Assembly (NCBI GenBank): GCA_030704615.1
Contig: CM060734.1
Span: forward strand, 18,228,001-18,292,000
DNA: 64,000 bases
Direction of reading: 5' to 3'
From: Takakia lepidozioides
Taxonomy: Eukaryota > Plantae > Bryophyta
Within the stretch, counting starts at the first letter, position 1. Each line of letters starts with the position of its first letter. Below the pieces are notes generated by a model. That model made no database searches, had not been told where the DNA came from, and saw nothing but the letters and a program-made list of their open reading frames with translations. Below are positions 62,646 to 64,000 of this stretch, piece by piece. A program made the translations under genes and the position numbers.

Positions 62646-64000
62646 TGTCACACCCATAACAAACCCTGTCACACCCATAACAACATCAACGCGTTGTTCT
62701 TCATCAACGTGATGTTCCCAAATATGCTTCTAACCAAAGCATCTTCCCAAATATGCTTCTCTTTAAAGCATCTTCCAAATATGCTTTCATACTTGTTAAC
62801 AACCACTAGTGGTTGTTAACAACCACTTGTTCCGAACATCCCACTTGTTAACAACTAGTTGTTCCCAACATCCTACTTGTTATTGCACCTACTTGTTCCC
62901 AACTTGCTGTCCATTTCCAGGAGGCATTCATATTCATGCCACACATACATGTCATATTATCAGATCCATGGTTTCAGATGCCTATGTATATGTCATGCCA
63001 CACATGACTATTTTATTGCCCCGCATATCCAATTGCCACATAAGTGGGGCCCAACGGGCCACTCAGGCGACCACTTCTACTTGCGGTCGCCCGGCACAAC
63101 CCTGGGCGACCGCTCCAGCGGTCGCCCCGCCACAGAGGCGACCGTCGAAACCGTCACCCACGGTCACCGTGCTTGCTTCATCACCCCCGGGCGACCGCAC
63201 CGCCAGTCGCCCAATCTCCTGTCGGACCGGCTCACCCGTGGGCCCCACCGAGGACCGCCACTGTGGGACCGCCAGGCCGGACCGCCGAGCGCCGACGTGG
63301 ACCGCCCTGGAAGTTGATATGGAGGCGGTCCGCTTCGTCCGCCCGGTGGGTGTCTCGAGGAACGATACTCGCAACGCACACCCTTGCACAGGTATCACCT
63401 GCAAATCGTCGCCCTATTGCATATACCATCAGAGGTATAGTCTGCAATCCATTGCCTACATCCCTGTTGTGGTATCGCCTGTAAGTCCATGCCCTGCTCC
63501 ATGCCCTCCTTGAGGCATGGTCTTTCATTGAAGATGTACATCACTTTAGAGGTATCACCAAGACTTTGCGCTGGAGTTATTTTGACGGGCGACCGTTGTG
63601 ACGGTCGCCATTGTCATTCTTAAAAGGGCGACGGGCAATGGTTGTCGCCCGTTATGTAGGTGAAGCATGTGACGGTGATGCGTAGTTCTCATTCGCTGCG
63701 TTCGCCTTTGCAAAGGACCCGAAAGCCGTCGCCCGGTATTTTGTTTTGGTGGGCGATTGTTGAAACGGCCGCCCAAGGCCGGTGGGATGTAAGCTCGGGA
63801 CATGGAGTCAATCATCCTAAAATGGCGGAGGCGTTGGATTCCACAGTAACAGAGACCAACAGATCAAGAGTGATTGTGGGCTAGGGCACAGAGAGAGTGT
63901 GTTTGAGGCACTATTGTGCAAGAAGTATTGCATATCCTCGAAGACAACATCTGGTCCTTGATGTGAGGATATCAGTTATACATGGTTTCTGGATAGGCAA
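62646..64000. mobile_element. Possible LTR/leader region of a retroelement with GC-rich spaced palindromes
   Basis: TGTCACACCC (LTR-like start) occurs twice, followed by short repeats and GGGCGAC-N10-GTCGCCC motifs; no diagnostic ORF or clear PBS. Confidence 0.35.

Overview
Land-plant nuclear DNA (PLS-type PPR relic, F-box/kelch gene, intron-containing IPK2-like gene; a non-seed plant is plausible but not provable here), mostly nested transposons. The main object is an apparently complete ~15.2 kb Mutator-like (MULE) element, here called family B (30365-45557, matching termini, CACAACTT target duplication). It carries a GCM-like/DDE/SWIM transposase; a divergent 10-exon gene (~1,430 aa) that joins a ParB/Sulfiredoxin-like domain to a beta-class N6A/N4C DNA-methyltransferase-like domain with an atypical DIPD motif IV; two arrays of a 22-bp palindrome (GGAAATGCGG-NN-CCGCATTTCC) spaced near multiples of 10.5 bp, with single copies in introns; and a head-to-head pair of unknown paralogous genes. 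A second family (A, 2020-~8490) has the same transposase plus ParB-like gene with its own palindrome (AACCTTGCGT-NN-ACGCAAGGTT). A non-autonomous relative (50425-52425) has a third variant (YTGAGTGCGT-NN-ACGCACTCAR). The three consensus motifs share a TGCG-N4-CGCA core. This suggests, as inference only, a transposon-borne parS/ParB-like self-recognition and DNA-modification or anti-silencing system. The rest of the window holds a partial tandem duplicate of B, Ty3/gypsy and Helitron relics, MITEs, templated insertions, and a U12 AT-AC intron in the IPK2-like gene. Many 1-bp frameshifts may be consensus errors, so the pseudogene calls are provisional.
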